Origin: a virus
Lineage: Duplodnaviria; Caudoviricetes
Length of the DNA: 35,681 bases
IMG/VR virus record: IMGVR_UViG_3300027804_000131
Location: 1 to 35,681 of that record
Reading direction: 5' to 3' (one strand)
In this document: one piece after another, positions 8,783 through 17,604 of the stretch
How positions within the stretch are numbered: the first letter of the stretch is position 1
Layout of the letters: every line of letters starts with the position of its first letter
The notes under the pieces: model-generated
What the model was told of the DNA's origin: nothing
The model's input: only the letters and a program-made list of their open reading frames with translations
The model's database searches: none
Program-made: the position numbers and the translations under genes

Positions 8783-10669
8783 ATGGCAATTACAGATTAC
8801 ATTCCTAATATCTTTGGTCAAGCTGCTCCTAGCTATTTGCAGGGATTGCTTGGTGCTGAAGAAACTCAGAACTTGCAGAACCGAGCTAATGTTCAGGGCT
8901 TGCTAGGTGCTGGTCTTGCACTAGCTCAAGGTATGAGCCGTACTGGCCCACGTCGTTCTGCTGCTGAGAATATCTTAGGTGCATTGTCTGGTGGCTTTGG
9001 TGCTGCTGGTGGTGCTTACGAGCAGGGCGTTAAGAATTACGTTACGCAGCAACAGATTGCACAGACTCAGTTGCAGCAAAATCTAGCAGCAAATAGGCTT
9101 AGAGCTATTCAGCAAGCAAGTAAAGATAATCCGCAGTTAACTCAGTTGTTTGCAATTAATCCTGAAGAAGCGTCTAAATTACTTATTGCGCAAGAACGAG
9201 CAAAGAGGTATCAATCACTTCTTGGTGAGGTTCCTACTCAAGTTAGTTCTCAGACAGTTCCAATAACGGGTCAAGCAAATGCTGTTTCAGCGGTTAATGT
9301 TAATCAACCAATGCCATCAAATGCGGTTGTAAATACAGTTATCCAGCAGCCTAATGCGTCAAACACAACTATGCCAGCAACTGTTGGACAGGCACAACCA
9401 AATGTTCAATTAGTTGATCCTGCTGTTGTTCAAAGAGCAAATGCATTAAGAAATGCAGCGAGACAAGCGACTATTGACGGTGATACTGCAACGGCAACTC
9501 TTTTCAATAATGAAGCAAATCGTATTGATCCACCTGAGCAAATAACTTTTAGAGATGGAATGGCATTCTCTAGTAAGCGTGGGATTCTTGGTCGTTTTAC
9601 TGAAACTATACGCCTTACTAAAGAGCAAGCTGAAGCAGAAGGTTTGCCAACAGGCCAAGGACAGATTTGGCAAAAATCTCCTGATAATAAGATTTCTCAG
9701 GTTGAAGGAACTGGCGTTGCAAAACGATTAACTCCAGAAGAAGCTAAAGCCGAAGGATTGCCAACAGATCAAGGGCAAGTTTGGCAAAGATCTGCTGATA
9801 ATAAGATTTCTGCTGTTGAAGGCACTAATATTGGAACTCAACTTAATAAGAAGCAACTTATTGATTCGTTGCCATCTCAGGGCGAAAATATTTACCCTAC
9901 ATTAAAGCCAAGATTTAAAGCTCTTGAAAAAAGAGCTAATGGCTTAACTGCGGATCAAATTAACTCAGAACTGCAAGCTATTCTTTCTGAAGACGCAAAG
10001 ATTCGTCAAGAACTTGATCCTACTTTGTTTCAACAGGATATTAAAAGGAAGACTGCTGGCGCTCCTAAAAACTATATTAACTTAAATGATCCAGCAAAAC
10101 AAGCACAAGCCTTGAGTGAAAACTCTGGCAGATATATTGCAAATAAAAACGTATCAGAGTCATTTGAGGTTGCTAATAGATATAATAATTTTGTTTCTGC
10201 CTACAATAACCCTGCTGCTCGTGGTGCTTCGGATGCGTTTCTTATTTATAGCGTTGCAAAAATTCTTGATCCGGGTGGAGCTGTTCAGCAGGGCGATATT
10301 GAAACAATTGCTGGTAGAAAGAGTATTCCAGAACAATTAAGAGGTATTCATGAAAAGTTCCTTTCTACTAGAACTTTGTCTGATGAACAGAGACAAGATT
10401 TGAATACACTTGCTTATTCTGCTATGACTAACAAGAGAAATTCACTGAAACCAACAATTAAACAATATAGAAATTATGCCGCTTCATTTCAATCTCCAGA
10501 TCCAACAATAGATATTCAAGATCCGTTTGTTGATATTAAATTACCAAAAGATCGAATTGTTACAATAAACGGCAAGAGAACAACTATAAGATTGGGAGCA
10601 GATCCAAATGGAGTACAAGGTTATTACTATACTGCACCTAATGGTAAAACTTATCCTTATCAAGATTGA
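8783..10669 (+). CDS. Large DNA ejection / internal virion protein
   Basis: 628 aa, GLLG motifs and Gly/Ala helix at N-terminus, internal 38 aa tandem repeat. Confidence 0.65.
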   Translation: MAITDYIPNIFGQAAPSYLQGLLGAEETQNLQNRANVQGLLGAGLALAQGMSRTGPRRSAAENILGALSGGFGAAGGAYEQGVKNYVTQQQIAQTQLQQNLAANRLRAIQQASKDNPQLTQLFAINPEEASKLLIAQERAKRYQSLLGEVPTQVSSQTVPITGQANAVSAVNVNQPMPSNAVVNTVIQQPNASNTTMPATVGQAQPNVQLVDPAVVQRANALRNAARQATIDGDTATATLFNNEANRIDPPEQITFRDGMAFSSKRGILGRFTETIRLTKEQAEAEGLPTGQGQIWQKSPDNKISQVEGTGVAKRLTPEEAKAEGLPTDQGQVWQRSADNKISAVEGTNIGTQLNKKQLIDSLPSQGENIYPTLKPRFKALEKRANGLTADQINSELQAILSEDAKIRQELDPTLFQQDIKRKTAGAPKNYINLNDPAKQAQALSENSGRYIANKNVSESFEVANRYNNFVSAYNNPAARGASDAFLIYSVAKILDPGGAVQQGDIETIAGRKSIPEQLRGIHEKFLSTRTLSDEQRQDLNTLAYSAMTNKRNSLKPTIKQYRNYAASFQSPDPTIDIQDPFVDIKLPKDRIVTINGKRTTIRLGADPNGVQGYYYTAPNGKTYPYQD

Positions 10670-10680
10670 ATCGAGACATA

Positions 10681-12819
10681 ATGCCACCGAAAATTGGAAA
10701 ACCTGTTGATTACGATCCATTTATGAATTTGGATGTAAATCCAGCTAATGCTGCACCTGTAAGCGCTACATCATTAGGGCTTCCAGAGTTTCCTATGCCT
10801 AATAAAAGAACGCCTGAAATAGTTAGTGCGCCATTAGGGTTTACTGAAAGTTTTGCTCCATTCTTAGGTGTAATGTCTACGACTGATCCTAAAGCGTTGC
10901 AAGACATTATGGTTAAACAAATACCCGGCTCTCAACCCGGTGTTGATCCAGAGGGCAATCCTTTTATTATTATTGAAAACAAGCCTTATTACCTTAATAA
11001 GCCGGGTTTGTCTGGCACTGACGTTGTTGGCTTTATTGGTGATCTTGCTAAGTTTTATCCAGCAGGAAAAATGGCGCAACTTGGTATGACCATACCGGGA
11101 AGGGCGGCTATAGCTGGCACTGCAACTGGTGTTATTGGGTCAGGATCTCAGTTTGCATCACAAGCAATGGGAAGCACACAACCTTTTAGCGTTCCTCAGG
11201 TTGCTCTAGAGTCTGCTTTTGGTGCTGGCGGTCAAGTTGTTGGTGATTTATTAGGTGCTTATCTAAGAAACAAAAGGCCAGTCACAGATTCGTCTGGAGC
11301 CATTAGCGAAGAATTTAATGCTGCTTTAAAGGCTGCTGGTATTAATATTTCTGATTATGGTGCTGGCGGTCAACAGTCGATTATTGATGCTTACAAGCAA
11401 CTTGGTGGTAAGTTTGTTAGAGAAGCTAAAAATGTAACATCTGGGGCAAACATTGCTGATGTTAATTTCCCATTAACTAGAGGTCAAGCAACTGGTGATA
11501 TAGCTCAGTTAGCAGAAGAAGAAGCAATGCGAAATGCCGCTAGGGGTTCGTTTGCTCAAAAGATATTAGCTAGATTTGACGAAAAGCAAAAAGTAGAAGT
11601 TCTAAAAGATCTTGAGTCAAAGCAAAAAGCATTTGCCTCTGGTCAGATTACAACATCGCCAACAGAAGTCGGTGGTAGGCTTTATGAAATTATTAGAAAC
11701 AAACAACAAGAGTTAAAGTCAGGCTACAAAACAGCTTATGAAGCAGTAGATCCCACTGCACTTAGAATTCTTAGTGAGTCTGTAGATCCGCTGGAATCTA
11801 GGGTTATGGGTGCTTTAAAGGATCGAGTTGTTGATCCTAAGTTGACTCCAGCATCTAGAAGCGCAATTGTCGAAATTAGGTCAATTATCCCTAAGACTGG
11901 CAAAGCCAATGTGACTGACATTAGCTTAAAGTCAATTGAGACAACTAGAAAAAAGCTCAATGAAATTTACAAAGCCGGTGCGAATGACACAGATAGGGGC
12001 AATGTTTCAGCAATAATCAAAGAGTTTGATAATTGGCTAGATGATTCTATTACTAATGGTTTAATTCGAGGCGATATAACTCAACTTAGTAAACTAAAAG
12101 AAGCTAGATCATTGTATTCCCAGTATAGAACAACATTCCCTCAAGGTAATACTGGAAAGTTAGCTGATGCTGATGCTGCAAAAAACATTAGAACTATTGT
12201 TGAGAAAGACTTGCAGCCTAATGAAGTAATGAATTTGCTTTACGGTAAATCAGCTATAGGTGAGGCGCAATCTTCTGTAAGAACTGTGCAACGGCTAAAG
12301 AAAATGTTTGGCGCAGATTCAAATGATTTTAAACAATTTCAAGAGGCTGCTTTTGTAAGATTGACTCGTGATGGTCAAGGCAATATGTTGCCAGCGTCTA
12401 AGATTGTAAGAACCATTGATGAATTAATTATGGGCAAAGGCTCTGGATTAACTAGAGAGCTATTTAATGCGGATCAAATTAGGGAAATCACAAAACTAAG
12501 GTCTGACCTTAATAAATTGGTTGTTCCGATTGAAGCTCAGAATCCATCTAGATCTGGTTACGAAGGTGCTAGAGCAGTTATTAGCGTTTTAAACAAATTA
12601 GGCTTTACTGGTGCTGCTGGTAACTTAGCGTCTGGGGATATTGCTTCTGCTAGTGCTATGGGTGTTGCATCATTGGCAAGTCAACTAAAACCAGTAATTA
12701 AAGCTAGAAGTGCTACTAATATGACTATCCCTAGACCACAAGGTTTATTGCCCAAAGGTACTGCTACGGCTCTTGGTGGTTCGCTTGGAACTGGGTTTTA
12801 CGGACTCTTAGGAAATTAA
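10681..12819 (+). CDS. Large DNA ejection / internal virion protein
   Basis: ~712 aa helical protein (ATG 10681 or TTG 10666), ends FYGLLGN. Confidence 0.65.
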   Translation: MPPKIGKPVDYDPFMNLDVNPANAAPVSATSLGLPEFPMPNKRTPEIVSAPLGFTESFAPFLGVMSTTDPKALQDIMVKQIPGSQPGVDPEGNPFIIIENKPYYLNKPGLSGTDVVGFIGDLAKFYPAGKMAQLGMTIPGRAAIAGTATGVIGSGSQFASQAMGSTQPFSVPQVALESAFGAGGQVVGDLLGAYLRNKRPVTDSSGAISEEFNAALKAAGINISDYGAGGQQSIIDAYKQLGGKFVREAKNVTSGANIADVNFPLTRGQATGDIAQLAEEEAMRNAARGSFAQKILARFDEKQKVEVLKDLESKQKAFASGQITTSPTEVGGRLYEIIRNKQQELKSGYKTAYEAVDPTALRILSESVDPLESRVMGALKDRVVDPKLTPASRSAIVEIRSIIPKTGKANVTDISLKSIETTRKKLNEIYKAGANDTDRGNVSAIIKEFDNWLDDSITNGLIRGDITQLSKLKEARSLYSQYRTTFPQGNTGKLADADAAKNIRTIVEKDLQPNEVMNLLYGKSAIGEAQSSVRTVQRLKKMFGADSNDFKQFQEAAFVRLTRDGQGNMLPASKIVRTIDELIMGKGSGLTRELFNADQIREITKLRSDLNKLVVPIEAQNPSRSGYEGARAVISVLNKLGFTGAAGNLASGDIASASAMGVASLASQLKPVIKARSATNMTIPRPQGLLPKGTATALGGSLGTGFYGLLGN

Positions 12820-12821
12820 TC

Positions 12822-13571
12822 ATGGCAAAGAACAAGATTAGCGAATATAGCGCTACTGCTGCAAATAACACTGATATAGGTGGTATTAACATAGCAGAGG
12901 GTTGCGCTCCGTCTGGCATTAATAACGCTATCCGTGAGTTAATGGCACAGCTTAAAGACCAGCAAGTAGGTACTGATGGCGATAACTTTACGGTAGGCGG
13001 TGCGTTTACTTGTACTGGTGCTGCTGTATTCTCTAGCACTGTTGCTTTAGGTGGATCAGCTACTGCTACTACGCAATCCTCTAGTGATAACACAACTAAA
13101 GTAGCTACTACAGCGTTTGTTCAGGCGGCATTAGCAGCGGCTTATCCGGTCGGATCTATCTATATTAATGCTACAAGCAGCACTAACCCTGCTACGTTGC
13201 TTGGCTTTGGTACTTGGGTAGCCTTTGGTGCTGGTCGTGTTCCGGTTGGCTTAGATGCTGGTAATGCAGCATTTGATACGGCTGAAGAAACAGGCGGTTC
13301 TGCTGATGCTATTACAGTAAGCCATACGCACACAGCGACATCTGTTGTAACTGACCCAACTCACAAACATATTTCGTTTGGCACGTCTGGTGGGGGGTTT
13401 AACACGGGCGTTTTAGGCCCATCATCGGGTAACTCAAATGGAAATTACGAAACTGCTTTGGCATCAACAGGTATTACCGTAGCAACAACAAACGCCTCTA
13501 CTGGTTCTTCTGGCACTAACGCTAATTTGCAGCCATACATTGTGGTTCGTATGTGGAAGAGGACTGTCTAA
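12822..13571 (+). CDS. Tail fibre/spike with gp10-C-like domain
   Basis: TTKVATTAFV fibre motif, YPVGSIY...GFGTW and NLQPYIVVRMWKRT C-terminus. Confidence 0.7.
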   Translation: MAKNKISEYSATAANNTDIGGINIAEGCAPSGINNAIRELMAQLKDQQVGTDGDNFTVGGAFTCTGAAVFSSTVALGGSATATTQSSSDNTTKVATTAFVQAALAAAYPVGSIYINATSSTNPATLLGFGTWVAFGAGRVPVGLDAGNAAFDTAEETGGSADAITVSHTHTATSVVTDPTHKHISFGTSGGGFNTGVLGPSSGNSNGNYETALASTGITVATTNASTGSSGTNANLQPYIVVRMWKRTV

Positions 13572-13573
13572 TC

Positions 13574-13759
13574 ATGAAAGAGCTGCCACTCACAGACGAT
13601 CAGATTGAGGCCATAGCTGAAAAAGCCGCTGAGGTCGCATTTAAGAAGATCTACGAAGAAGTCGGTCGTTCTGTTGTTAAAAAGATATTCTGGATCGTAG
13701 GTGCTGCTGCATTGGGTCTAATGTTCTGGATGGCTGGTAACGGAACATTGCCAAAATGA
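13574..13759 (+). CDS. Small membrane protein (lysis cassette)
   Basis: Single C-terminal hydrophobic helix IFWIVGAAALGLMFWM; ATGA-coupled to next gene. Confidence 0.55.
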   Translation: MKELPLTDDQIEAIAEKAAEVAFKKIYEEVGRSVVKKIFWIVGAAALGLMFWMAGNGTLPK

Positions 13760-14307
13760 TTGAAGTTGCTACAGCCCTAATGGTCATCAAAGGGGCTAAG
13801 GCTGCTTTTGATGTTGCTAAAGAAGCTTTTGACGAGATCAGAGAATGTGCTGAGGCTGGTAAGTCTGCTCATGAATCATTAGGGGCGCTTACCAGTTTTT
13901 TTTCGTCTGCTGGCAAGGCTGAAGAAGGCATAGCACACGCTAAAGAACTCCAAGAGAATCCACCTGAAGAAGATAGTCGCAGTGATTACGAGATAGTCAT
14001 TGAGATGATGGTTGCTGAGAGGCAGCTAAAGCAGTTCTATAAAGACCTTAAAGAGATGTTTATCTACCAGTTTCAGGAACCCGGTCTGTATGACGAGTTT
14101 ATGGGTCGGCTAGAGAAACTTAGGGCAGATCGTCGGCAGAGAGAGACAGACCATAAGCTGCATCTGAAGGCTTTGGAGATGGCGGCTAGACGAGAGAAAG
14201 CTAAGAAAGTGCAGATGATTCAGGATGCACTAGCTATAGTACTAGGTGGTATAGTTTCTATTGCAATAATAATTGGTATTGTTTGGATGTTTACTTTGGG
14301 GGCTTAA
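13756..14307 (+). CDS. Coiled-coil membrane protein (lysis cassette)
   Basis: 183 aa helical protein with C-terminal TM helix. Confidence 0.55.
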   Translation: MIEVATALMVIKGAKAAFDVAKEAFDEIRECAEAGKSAHESLGALTSFFSSAGKAEEGIAHAKELQENPPEEDSRSDYEIVIEMMVAERQLKQFYKDLKEMFIYQFQEPGLYDEFMGRLEKLRADRRQRETDHKLHLKALEMAARREKAKKVQMIQDALAIVLGGIVSIAIIIGIVWMFTLGA

Positions 14308-14822
14308 TGCTTACTTTATTATCTACTTTTACATCGTTTTTAATGGGCGGTTTGCCCAAGATACTAGACTTCTTTCAAGACAAGTCTGACAAAAAGCATG
14401 AGTTAGAGCTTGCTAAAATCCAAATTGAGCGTGAGTTGGCTTTGGCTAAAGAGGGTTATGCGGCTCAACAGCGCATTGAGGAAGTCAAGCTAGACGAGAT
14501 CAAGGTTCAGTCTGCGTCTGACGAGAAAGTGGCTCTAATCGGCGCTCAACAGGCTGAATTACAGGCTATTTATGCTCACGATATGAAGCTCAGTGAGGGT
14601 ACTAGCCAGTGGATGAAGAATCTGAGGGCTTCGGTACGTCCTGTCATTACTTATGGCTTCTTTGGCCTTCTATGCGCTTTGGATGCAGTTCTGGCTTATA
14701 AAGGCTTTGAGTCAGGTGTTTCCTTTAACGAAATGGCTAACCAGCTCTGGGACGATGAAACTCAGGCTCTGTTTGCATCCATCATAGCGTTTCATTTCGG
14801 TGGTCGGGCTTTTGGCAAATGA
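14307..14822 (+). CDS. Holin (3TM holin-like)
   Basis: RPVITY and FHFGGR motifs, hydrophobic segments, immediately upstream of lysozyme. Confidence 0.7.
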   Translation: MLTLLSTFTSFLMGGLPKILDFFQDKSDKKHELELAKIQIERELALAKEGYAAQQRIEEVKLDEIKVQSASDEKVALIGAQQAELQAIYAHDMKLSEGTSQWMKNLRASVRPVITYGFFGLLCALDAVLAYKGFESGVSFNEMANQLWDDETQALFASIIAFHFGGRAFGK

Positions 14823-15295
14823 TTAGCGACAAAGCCCTATTAATGCTCAAAAAACACGAGGGAGTAAGGTATAAGCCTTACCGCTGTCCTGCTGCCTTGT
14901 GGACTATTGGCGTAGGTCATGTTCTGTACCCAGAGCAGGGCAATCTAAAGATGCCAGAGCGTCTAGCCTATCCATTAAAGATAGAAGATTTCCGCAAATT
15001 TTCCAATGAGGAAGTAGATGAGATTCTTAAGGCCGATCTTGCTCGTTTTATACGAGGCGTATCCCGTTATTGTCCTGTTATTGCTAGTCAAGGGCAGTTG
15101 GATGCGTTGGTCAGCTTTGCCTTTAATGTAGGACTAGGTGCTTTGCAGAGAAGTACGCTAAGACAGAAGCATAATCGAGGTGACTATGAGGGTGCTGCTC
15201 AAGAGTTCCTAAAGTACACAAGAGGCGGTGGGAAAGTATTACCGGGACTTGTAAAGAGGCGAAATGATGAAAAAGCCCTTTATTTAGGATATTAA
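14819..15295 (+). CDS. Endolysin, GH24 lysozyme
   Basis: HEG..Y.PYRCPA..WTIGVGH, DALVSFAFNVG, LPGLVKRRNDE motifs. Confidence 0.93.
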   Translation: MISDKALLMLKKHEGVRYKPYRCPAALWTIGVGHVLYPEQGNLKMPERLAYPLKIEDFRKFSNEEVDEILKADLARFIRGVSRYCPVIASQGQLDALVSFAFNVGLGALQRSTLRQKHNRGDYEGAAQEFLKYTRGGGKVLPGLVKRRNDEKALYLGY

Positions 15296-15361
15296 TTTCT
15301 TGCAACAATCCTGTAATATAGTTTTAGTAGTCTTCGCAACATTAACTTAGTACATATCATA

Positions 15362-15559
15362 ATGCCTAAGAAAAAAGAGGATTGGATGCCAGCTTGCCAG
15401 TCTTGCTCTTTCTTCGAGATTGAGCCAAAAGAAGATCTAGGCTATTGCAGACGTTATCCACCAATTTTAGTTAGAACTGGTGAGGATGACTATGACTCCA
15501 CTTACCCGGTTACAGCTAGGGATGACTGGTGCGGAGAGTTCCATCGTTTTTCTAATTAG
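15362..15559 (+). CDS. Small 4-Cys protein (HiPIP-like spacing)
   Basis: CxxC...GYC...WCGEF pattern. Confidence 0.6.
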   Translation: MPKKKEDWMPACQSCSFFEIEPKEDLGYCRRYPPILVRTGEDDYDSTYPVTARDDWCGEFHRFSN

Positions 15560-15567
15560 AGGGAATC

Positions 15568-16524
15568 ATGACTAAATCATCTTGCACAGAGCAAGAATTT
15601 ATTGGTTTGTGGAATAAACACGGTTCAGTAGCAGAAGTAGCAAAAATCTTAGGCATTACAGACAGAAATGCCCATGCAAGGCGTAGGAAGATTGAAGAAA
15701 AGCATGGAATTATTCTAGCTGGTGTAGCTAAGAATAGCCCAGACTTTAAAGTAACGTACCCAGAGAACAATGTACGGGTCAACGTAGAGTTGCAGAATGG
15801 CATCATTATCGTAGGGTCTGATTGTCATTACTGGCCTAACATTATTAGCACTGCTCATCGTGCATTCGTAAAGATCATCAAAGATTTGAAACCAAAGATG
15901 GTCGTTATGAATGGCGATGTATTTGACGGGGCTAGCATCTCTCGTCACCCGGTATCAGGATGGGGAGCTACTCCTACTGTAAAACAAGAGCTAGAAGCCT
16001 GTCAGGAACGTCTAGGAGAGATTGAGGAGGCTGCAAAAGGCGCTTCCCTTAACTGGACGTGGGGTAACCACGATATGCGCTTTAACGCTCGTTTAGCGGC
16101 TCAGGTAGGGGATACTTGGCGAGGCGTTGAAGGCATGAACCTGACTGACCATTTTCCACGTTGGAAGTTCTCAACTAGCATTATGGTCAACGAGAATGTA
16201 ATGATTAAGCATCGTTATCATAACGGGATTCATGCGGTCTACAACAACACAATGAAGGCTGGTATCAGTGTCGTAACCGGACACTTACATTCCCTTAAAG
16301 TTACGCCTTGGTCTGATTATCGTGGCGATAGATATGGCGTAGATACAGGCTCATTAGCTGATGTTAATGGAGATCAGTTCGAGTATTCGGAGGATAACCC
16401 TCGCAACCATAGAAGTGGAGGAGCTATCCTAACCTTTGTTGATGGGAAGTTATTGCCTCCAGAGTTATTTCAGGTCTGGGATGATGACCACGTAGTCTTT
16501 AGAGGACAGCTTATTGCTGTTTGA
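15568..16524 (+). CDS. Calcineurin-like metallophosphoesterase with N-terminal HTH
   Basis: DxH, GDxxD, GNHD, H, GHxH motifs; N-terminal SVAEVAKILGI. Confidence 0.88.
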   Translation: MTKSSCTEQEFIGLWNKHGSVAEVAKILGITDRNAHARRRKIEEKHGIILAGVAKNSPDFKVTYPENNVRVNVELQNGIIIVGSDCHYWPNIISTAHRAFVKIIKDLKPKMVVMNGDVFDGASISRHPVSGWGATPTVKQELEACQERLGEIEEAAKGASLNWTWGNHDMRFNARLAAQVGDTWRGVEGMNLTDHFPRWKFSTSIMVNENVMIKHRYHNGIHAVYNNTMKAGISVVTGHLHSLKVTPWSDYRGDRYGVDTGSLADVNGDQFEYSEDNPRNHRSGGAILTFVDGKLLPPELFQVWDDDHVVFRGQLIAV

Positions 16525-16816
16525 CGAATACTCCGTCTTTGTTGAGGTAGCCTTTGCGATCTTTAATTTCGCTATAGGCTGCCTCTAAACATTTGGTAAG
16601 GTCTATATCTTCTAAAGCCCCCACCACAATAAGGCAAACAAGCACATCACCAATACCGTCAACAATAGCAGGTCGATCCCGTTTAATAATGGCATCTGCT
16701 AACTCTCCCATTTCAGATACTGCTTTAAGTAGTTGGGTCTTAGAATCTGAGTTAGCGACAATGCCTCTAGCCTCTGCCCATCGGATAACGTCTAGTTCCG
16801 TAACAGCCCAACTCAT
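16511..16816 (-). CDS. MazG-like nucleotide pyrophosphohydrolase
   Basis: SEMGELADA...DGIGDVLV motif; W..ARG start and AY.EIKDRKG tail. Confidence 0.8.
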   Translation of the reverse strand: MSWAVTELDVIRWAEARGIVANSDSKTQLLKAVSEMGELADAIIKRDRPAIVDGIGDVLVCLIVVGALEDIDLTKCLEAAYSEIKDRKGYLNKDGVFVKQQ

Positions 16817-17004
16817 TTACAAAGTTCCTTAATCTCAGCGATTGGCAACTCAAATACTTCATGGATAGCAATCATCATCTCTGCTGAGACTTTAGCTTTA
16901 CCGTTACGTAGTCGGCTAATTACTGGAGCAGCTACACCTAGCTTAATGGATAACTGGCGGTCGTTTTTAATGTCAAAGCGTTTTTGCAGTTCATCAAGAA
17001 TCAC
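16813..17004 (-). CDS. Small Cro/XRE-type HTH regulator
   Basis: NDRQLSIKLGVAAPVISRLRNG helix-turn-helix; GTG start with SD AGGAG. Confidence 0.8.
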   Translation of the reverse strand: MILDELQKRFDIKNDRQLSIKLGVAAPVISRLRNGKAKVSAEMMIAIHEVFELPIAEIKELCK

Positions 17005-17022
17005 GTATTTCTCCTATGGTTG

Positions 17023-17357
17023 ACCAACACGGCTGACCACTGCTATTTCCCCATCGTCCTGCCATAGCAATCTAGAATCCTATGGCTTCCCGGTTCTGGG
17101 TTAGTTCTCTCTCGCGTAAAGAGTCCAGCAATGGTCATGCGTCTTGGTGCAGGGTCACTAGATTTTGGAGCAGTCCGAAAGAGTATCTAGCCCCTGCTGC
17201 CGGTGTTACCCGCCACTACCGGCTTGGCGTATTAGGTGATCTTACTCGCTACGCCTGTTGTACTAACCAGTATCCGCTTTCAGATCGTAAAGGTGGAGAT
17301 ACTCACAAGAAGGAGTGAACCGACCAAAGTCTCCTGCCAGCTTGCTTTCTCTCCGTA
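17023..17357 (-). ncRNA. Array of structured RNA modules (putative ncRNA cluster)
   Basis: Five abutting helical modules fill the space between the SSB stop and the HTH ribosome-binding site; pairings given in findings. Confidence 0.7.
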
Positions 17358-17359
17358 GA

Positions 17360-17602
17360 TCAGAACGGAATAGGATCGTTAGGATCTTCTTCCGGAATTG
17401 GTTTAGCTTTTGGTGCGTCTTTAGGCTTAACTGACAAGCTAAAAAACTTTTTGCCGTCTTTGCTAGACTCTTTAATCCATGCTGACAACCAGTAATCAGT
17501 ACCATCCACGTTAATAGATCCACTGTACTCTGGGTGATTGTCTGCTGTCTTATTTAGATTCTTAGAGAGAATGCCTCTATTTGTATTGTCGAAATTGCTC
17601 AT
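17360..17602 (-). CDS. Single-stranded DNA-binding protein (small phage type)
   Basis: HPEYSG...YWLSAW...FFSLSV OB-like core, acidic tip EEDPNDPIPF, next to recombinase. Confidence 0.75.
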   Translation of the reverse strand: MSNFDNTNRGILSKNLNKTADNHPEYSGSINVDGTDYWLSAWIKESSKDGKKFFSLSVKPKDAPKAKPIPEEDPNDPIPF

Positions 17603-17604
17603 AT

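Noticed and set aside
17023-17357. tRNA, hammerhead or twister ribozyme, or CRISPR mini-array
   Set aside because: No T-loop/anticodon cloverleaf, no CUGANGA core, no twister consensus recognised, and no identical repeats with regular spacers.
17082-17523. ORFs 17082-17318 (+) and 17263-17523 (-)
   Set aside because: No SD or recognisable motifs; one is antisense to the operon, the other is an out-of-frame overlap of SSB; RNA structure explains the region better.
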